From a virus, in IMG/VR virus record IMGVR_UViG_3300044618_000993, positions 2,940 through 66,939 of that record: 64,000 nt of DNA. One strand, 5' to 3'. This document shows, piece after piece, positions 58,610-64,000 of this stretch. Position 1 is the stretch's first letter. Each line of letters opens with the position of its first letter. The position numbers and the translations under genes are program-made. The notes beneath the pieces are model-generated. The model made no database searches. It saw nothing but the letters and a program-made list of their open reading frames with translations, and was not told the origin of the DNA.

Positions 58610-60788
58610 GGAACTAGAAATCTATAAAAAATACAAAAGGTTTGGTATTAAACCAAAAGTACTTGAGGGTTACAAAAAGTCCGATAGGTTTATATTATTC
58701 AACGAAGAAGACCCAGATCTAGATACTATAACTGTTCAAATGCCTGACGAACCTGATTGGAATCTTATAGCAGGATTTGGCAAAAAGGCTGAAGATCAAA
58801 GATTTGAGCGTACACAAATACCTGTAAAACTATTTGAGCTACAGAACGCTCAGGATGAAGATGGTTTCTTTTTGACTCAAGATGAAATTTGGGCCAAGAT
58901 AGAGGAACAACCCGAATACTACAAAAACGAAATACAGTTTATAAAGCAAGAATGGCTTAGACGTGTCTATGGTCATTGGTTTTTTAACAACGGTGTGCCT
59001 ACATATATAGATGGGTGGCACTATATGTACCTAAACTACTACGAACTTGACATCGGGCTACCAGAATATCGTGATAGAGACAGGCGTTTCTTCCATTTTG
59101 CTAGATTTTGCTACAATGACCCTAAGTGTTATGGGTTTATATACCCTAAACATCGACGTGAGGGTGCAACTTACAAGACTAGTTGCATACATTACTGTAT
59201 TATAAGCCTATTAATTAAGGCAAGGGGTGGTATTCAGTCAATGACAGACGATTCTGGTCGAGACGTGTTTCAAAAACACATTGTCGATCCATGGAGATCA
59301 ATGCCATTCTTCTTCAAACCTAACCACAACGGTGGTGATGACCCAAAGGCTATCCTAGCTTTCAGAGCAAGCTCATCCAGGGGTAAGGCTGGTGTAAAAT
59401 ACAAGTCAGGTAAGTCGCTAGGTAGCGAGATTAGTTTCCGTGCAAGCGTAGAAACAGCATATGACGGAACAAAGCTATACTTCTACCATCACGAAGAGGT
59501 TGGTAAGGCTGTAAATGTAGACATCAATAAAAGATGGGAGGTTGTGCAGTTAACATTGTCAACTGGTGCTGGTGGTAGAATCCACGGTTTCAGCATACAC
59601 ACCTCTACTGTGGGTGAAATGGAACTTGGTGGTGGGGAACAGTTTAGAGATCTGTGCGAAAACTCGCAGTATGGCAAACGAAACGCAAACGGTCAGACCG
59701 CTACAGGATTATATGTACTATTTATTCCAGCTTGGGATGGACTAGAGGGTTATGTGGACAGCTATGGCATGAGTGTAATTGACACGCCAAACGAACAGCA
59801 GGCAAAAGAGATAGGAACATCAATAGGAGCTAGGGAGTTTATCTTAAACACAATAGAATACCTAAAGACTCTACCTAAAAAAGATAAGTTACTACAATTC
59901 CAACGAGAACACCCAACAACTTACAGAGGTTGTTTCAGATCTAACTCAAAAGATCCGTTTTTTAACATAGCCAAGATAGAAGACAGGCTGGATGAGATTA
60001 GAAAAGACAAGACAGCTGTAACTAGAGGTAACTTTGAGTGGATTGGTACACCTTATCAGACTGGAGTTAAATTCATTCCACACGAAAACGGTAGGTTTGA
60101 GATGTCTTACCAACTGTCGCCAGACAAAGCCAACAAAGTTATTTGGGATCAGTCACTTGAGTCGTTTGTAGCCAACAATATAATGTATTGCGCTGGCGCT
60201 GACCCATTTAAAGCAAATACAACTAAAGGCAAAAAACGATCAAACGGTGCAGGTGCTGTATTTTGGGGTCATGACATTATGATTGACTCGTATGAAAAGC
60301 CACTAGAGGAATGGGAGAGCTGTAGGTTTGTTTGCGTCTACTCATTTAGGCCAGACACCAAAGAAGAGTACGGAGACGACATGATTAAGATGTGCGTGTA
60401 TTGGGGTTGTCCAATGTTTCCAGAGACAAACGTACCTTTTGTAAGAGAACACTTTGAAAAGAATGGTTACAGCGGAATGTTGATACATAAGTTTTCAAAT
60501 GGTAAATACGATAATGCAGGTGGTGCCGATACAACCGAAAAGGTAAAGCAAAAAATATTTCAACTTTACCAAACGCACATTGAAAGACACGCTCACAAAG
60601 AAAAGCACGCACAACTTTTACAAGAGGTACGTGATATCAAGGGCGTTGACGATATGACTAACTATGACTTGTTTACAGCTGGGGGTTATGCCATGCTAGG
60701 CATAGACAACTATCTGCCAGACGTACAAAAACAACAAAAACAAGATAACGAAATTAACTATACCTTTGTGGAAACCTTTTATTATTAA
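58602..60788 (+). CDS. terL: Terminase large subunit
   Basis: YIDGWHYMYL, Walker A-like KHRREGATY, Walker B region YFYHHEEVGK, HTST, nuclease GADPF and C-terminal YD. Confidence 0.9.
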   Translation: MSKELEIYKKYKRFGIKPKVLEGYKKSDRFILFNEEDPDLDTITVQMPDEPDWNLIAGFGKKAEDQRFERTQIPVKLFELQNAQDEDGFFLTQDEIWAKIEEQPEYYKNEIQFIKQEWLRRVYGHWFFNNGVPTYIDGWHYMYLNYYELDIGLPEYRDRDRRFFHFARFCYNDPKCYGFIYPKHRREGATYKTSCIHYCIISLLIKARGGIQSMTDDSGRDVFQKHIVDPWRSMPFFFKPNHNGGDDPKAILAFRASSSRGKAGVKYKSGKSLGSEISFRASVETAYDGTKLYFYHHEEVGKAVNVDINKRWEVVQLTLSTGAGGRIHGFSIHTSTVGEMELGGGEQFRDLCENSQYGKRNANGQTATGLYVLFIPAWDGLEGYVDSYGMSVIDTPNEQQAKEIGTSIGAREFILNTIEYLKTLPKKDKLLQFQREHPTTYRGCFRSNSKDPFFNIAKIEDRLDEIRKDKTAVTRGNFEWIGTPYQTGVKFIPHENGRFEMSYQLSPDKANKVIWDQSLESFVANNIMYCAGADPFKANTTKGKKRSNGAGAVFWGHDIMIDSYEKPLEEWESCRFVCVYSFRPDTKEEYGDDMIKMCVYWGCPMFPETNVPFVREHFEKNGYSGMLIHKFSNGKYDNAGGADTTEKVKQKIFQLYQTHIERHAHKEKHAQLLQEVRDIKGVDDMTNYDLFTAGGYAMLGIDNYLPDVQKQQKQDNEINYTFVETFYY

Positions 60789-63286
60789 TGCAAAATTTTG
60801 TCGATAATAGCACGCCAAATCTTTACAATTTTCCAGCCCACGATGTGGACCCTTCTATTAAATTGAAAAAAGACTGGAATGTTCAGTACTGCCAAGCGAT
60901 CCATTCATTATACAGAAACAATCTGACTGGTATCAATTACTCAGATGTTGATATGTTCGCTAGATTCAGAGCGTACGGTAACGGTAACCAAGATAAGCTC
61001 CAATACATGGACTGGTTGGGTATAACAAAAAGACCAACGCCATCATTGCCTACACAAGCAACTGGTGTTAGTGGTCCAACCCAACAACCTTCTGACTTTG
61101 TTAGACAAGGTTTCATGAATATAAACTGGGAAATTTTATCCGTTGCCCCAAATTTTAAAAATGTAATCTTAGGGACATTTGAAGACATTGAACACGACAT
61201 TTATGCTGACGGTGTAGACGAGAAATCATCTGCTGAAAGAGAAGAGGCTAAATGGATGTTGTGGATGGAACGAGAAATGGAAAACTATATTAAAACTGTT
61301 AACCAAGCAGTAGGCCTTAAATCAAAAGGTCCAGATTACGTTCCAGAAACACTACAAGAACTTGAAATGTTTGCGTCTTTAGGTGGTTTTAGATTAAAGA
61401 GTGAGATATCTATTGAGGAGGCTTTAAGATATACCAAATACATATCTGAATGGAAAGAGATTAAACGTAAAATATTTGAAGACTTGTATGAGCTAGGTGT
61501 AGCCGTTACTAAAGATTATGTTGATCCACAAACTCAAAAGATTAAGGTAAGATATTGTGACCCAGCCTTGTGTGTTATTCCATATGTACAACAAACTGAA
61601 TTTGCTAATATGCCATTTGCTGGCGAATATATCTTCTACACAATTGCAGAAATCAGAGCGTTAAACAATCCTGACGGGACAGCTACATTTACAGAAGAAG
61701 AGCTACAAGAAATTGCGGCTAAGTCAGTTAATCAATACAATAACCCTGCAATTATCAACAATTGGTACATTGATCAATTTGGTCGTTACGAGTACGATAC
61801 ATTTAGGGTGTGTGTTATGGACGCTGAATATAAATCAGACGACTATAAATTTACAACCGAAAGAATTAACTCTAAAGGTGAAAAAATCGTTCACCAAGAC
61901 GAGTACGGAAAGGTAAGAACTGGTGACAAGAGAAAAACTCATATCACTAAGACACTTATGGTTTACAAATGTAAGTGGATTGTAGGAACTGAGTTTGCTT
62001 GGGACTACGGTCATCAATTTGACATTCCAAGACCAACCCCTTCACAAGCTAACTTAAGCTACCACGCCTACAGATTAAAGGGTGGCAGTATGATTAAGAG
62101 AATGATTCCTTTGTTGGATAGCATTCAATTATCTTGGCTTAAATTACAAAACGCAAAAGCAAAAGCAGCCCCAAGTGGATTAGCAATTGAATATGGATCG
62201 TTATTAAATATAAGTATTGGTAATAATAAATTATCACCATTAGAAGTACTTAAAATTAGAAACCAAACTGGTGATATTCTATATCAAGCTACTACACATA
62301 GAACATATATGCCTAGTCAAACTAACTACAAACCTATCCAAGAGTTACAAGGTGGTTTGGGTGTACAAGGCCAGGAGTTCTTACAGTTAATATCTCACGA
62401 TATTGATATGATCAGACAGATTATAGGTATTAATAGAATAGCCGACGCTAGCTCGCCTGTAAATGATCAGCTGGTAGGTGTATCAGAGATGTCACTTCAA
62501 GCTACATCTACAACGCTAAAACCAATGTATTCTGCCTATATTACATTAAAGGAAAGAGTATTTAGAAATGCAGCTTTAAGAATACAGTTAATGGTTAAGT
62601 TTAGCGGTGAGTATGAATTGAGTTATTTTAAAGCTTTAGGTAGCGCTATAACACAAACATTAAAAATTGGTTCAGAAGTAAACAATGCAATGTTTGGAAT
62701 TAGAATTGAAGCTAAGCCAGACGCTCAAGAAAAGCAAAACATTATCAATGCAGCTCTTGAAAGCTTGAGAGTAGGTAGACAAGGCACACCGTTATTAGGT
62801 TACGCTGACTACTTGATGGTTCAAGACTTTGTATCTAAAGGACAAATTAAGTGGGCTAAGGCTTACATAGCAAATAAAGAGCAACAGACCTTGAAGAGAG
62901 TAGAACAGGAGAAGCAACAAGCTATTGAAGCTCAAGGTCAACAACAACAAATGTTGCAACAACAAAAAGGTGAGCAAGATCAAATGCTATCTCAAATGGA
63001 AATTGATAAGATCAAAGTTGAAAACGAAGAAAAGAGAAAAACTATTGAGCTTCAACACTATTTAAAGATGGATGAAATCAGACTTCAAATGGGTATGAAG
63101 GTAGACGAACAGATGACCTTTAAATCAATTGAAATGCAGCACCAACATGATATGATGGAGAAACAAACCGAACAGGCAATGGTACAGCAAGCAATGATGC
63201 AGCAGCAACAAGCTATGCAACAACAGCAAGGTGCACCACAACCGCCTCAAGGTCAAGAAGTTCCACCAACTAATATTCCAGCATAA
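60788..63286 (+). CDS. Portal protein with Q/M-rich C-terminal extension
   Basis: 832 aa after TerL; YGNGNQ, RYCDP, FAGE, QTGD and IGIN motifs of crAss-type portals. Confidence 0.85.
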   Translation: MQNFVDNSTPNLYNFPAHDVDPSIKLKKDWNVQYCQAIHSLYRNNLTGINYSDVDMFARFRAYGNGNQDKLQYMDWLGITKRPTPSLPTQATGVSGPTQQPSDFVRQGFMNINWEILSVAPNFKNVILGTFEDIEHDIYADGVDEKSSAEREEAKWMLWMEREMENYIKTVNQAVGLKSKGPDYVPETLQELEMFASLGGFRLKSEISIEEALRYTKYISEWKEIKRKIFEDLYELGVAVTKDYVDPQTQKIKVRYCDPALCVIPYVQQTEFANMPFAGEYIFYTIAEIRALNNPDGTATFTEEELQEIAAKSVNQYNNPAIINNWYIDQFGRYEYDTFRVCVMDAEYKSDDYKFTTERINSKGEKIVHQDEYGKVRTGDKRKTHITKTLMVYKCKWIVGTEFAWDYGHQFDIPRPTPSQANLSYHAYRLKGGSMIKRMIPLLDSIQLSWLKLQNAKAKAAPSGLAIEYGSLLNISIGNNKLSPLEVLKIRNQTGDILYQATTHRTYMPSQTNYKPIQELQGGLGVQGQEFLQLISHDIDMIRQIIGINRIADASSPVNDQLVGVSEMSLQATSTTLKPMYSAYITLKERVFRNAALRIQLMVKFSGEYELSYFKALGSAITQTLKIGSEVNNAMFGIRIEAKPDAQEKQNIINAALESLRVGRQGTPLLGYADYLMVQDFVSKGQIKWAKAYIANKEQQTLKRVEQEKQQAIEAQGQQQQMLQQQKGEQDQMLSQMEIDKIKVENEEKRKTIELQHYLKMDEIRLQMGMKVDEQMTFKSIEMQHQHDMMEKQTEQAMVQQAMMQQQQAMQQQQGAPQPPQGQEVPPTNIPA

Positions 63287-63288
63287 TC

Positions 63289-63441
63289 ATGGCACCTAAA
63301 GGTAAAAAATCATCAGCAGTAGCATCTACTCTACACAAAGAAAAACCTAAAAAAAGACGCAAAGGCATACACGCTAAAACAAAGTGTTCTAAAACTAAGA
63401 CTAGTAAGAACTATGTAAAGCTTAGCCGAGGTCAAGGTTAA
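63289..63441 (+). CDS. Small basic protein, 50 aa, ending RGQG
   Basis: MAPKGKKSSAVASTLHKEKPKKRRKGIHAKTKCSKTKTSKNYVKLSRGQG, translated by hand. Confidence 0.7.
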   Translation: MAPKGKKSSAVASTLHKEKPKKRRKGIHAKTKCSKTKTSKNYVKLSRGQG

Positions 63442-63490
63442 AAAAAATACAAATTTTATTTGCAGTGTAATATTTTTTTATTATACTTGC

Positions 63491-63845
63491 AACACTTCTG
63501 CAAAGGGAAGGCGGTTTGAAGACTTAGCTGACCCTTTGTAGATTTGATATTTTAACTTGGTTCTTGTCCCTACACCAAGTGTAGCTAAAGCAGAAGTGCT
63601 ACGAAACAAAATGGGGGTAAAACAAATAGTTCAGTTCATAGCGACAAAACCTTCTAAGGCGTAAGGTTTTCGGCACTAGCAAACACAATGTACAGCCGAT
63701 AGCTAAAAAGTGGAGTTTATTGAATCCGTTGTTTGGCCACTCGAACGAGCATACTGCAAATGAGAAAACAATTATGGAAACGGTATACCTTCGGTATATT
63801 TATTCATAATCATTGTTTGCTTGTAATAGACCCCTTATGCCCTTA
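63491..63845 (+). ncRNA. Putative structured non-coding RNA
   Basis: No ORF >=60 aa, promoter-like TTTG...TATACTTG directly upstream, at least 5 complementary helices. Confidence 0.4.
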
Positions 63846-63942
63846 CAACAATATCTAACTTATTAATTAATAACAAATTATTTCACTTAAAAAAAACAAC
63901 TTAGTGAAAAATTTACTTACTTTGCATCCAAATACAATATTT

Positions 63943-64000
63943 ATGACAGGAAATATGGACCAAATGAAGGCTGACTTTCTTAGCGGTTTAGGTGTAGAAG
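63943..64000 (+). CDS. Start of the next gene (truncated; probable scaffold by position)
   Basis: MTGNMDQMKADFLSGLGVE..., open to the window end, downstream of the portal. Confidence 0.45.
   Translation, partial: MTGNMDQMKADFLSGLGVE

Noticed and set aside
63160-63260. CAG/CAA-rich repeat as a separate element
   Set aside because: Encodes the Gln/Met-rich disordered tail of the portal
1-64000. Stop-codon reassignment as in some crAss-like phages
   Set aside because: Large genes are intact under code 11, and TAG and TGA terminate well-packed genes

Overview
The window is almost entirely one tailed dsDNA phage genome segment, low in GC, densely coding and read with standard code 11. It is most consistent with a podovirus-like Bacteroidota phage that has a crAss/Cellulophaga-type structural module; host assignment rests on many TAnnTTTG Bacteroidota sigma-A promoters. 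Layout: lysis cassette (1-2.2 kb); tail, ring and muzzle genes, ejected cargo proteins including a 2385-aa polyvalent protein, a ferritin, fibres and a GT2-TPR glycosyltransferase (2.3-34.4 kb, +); free-standing endonucleases (34.5-36.8 kb); a leftward replication/early arm with C5 MTase, DnaA-domain-IV protein, DnaB, initiator, SMC-like ATPase and many small acidic ORFs (36.9-51.6 kb); a non-coding control region (51.6-52.4 kb); and a rightward arm ending in GroES-like, VRR-NUC, TerS?, TerL and portal genes. No DNA polymerase, RNA polymerase, integrase or major capsid gene was recognised; the capsid genes probably lie just past 64,000. Main observations: (1) two large cargo proteins each contain exactly one Cys, at their facing termini, with a ferritin gene between them; (2) a 44-aa gene is nested in the +1 frame of the giant gene; (3) a 64-bp IHF-box plus 4-iteron module is present twice, 11 kb apart, the second copy near DnaA boxes and a dif-like site; (4) an anticodon-less tRNA-like mini-RNA; (5) a ~350-nt structured non-coding region after the portal. 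All family calls come from motif recognition by eye, not database searches.
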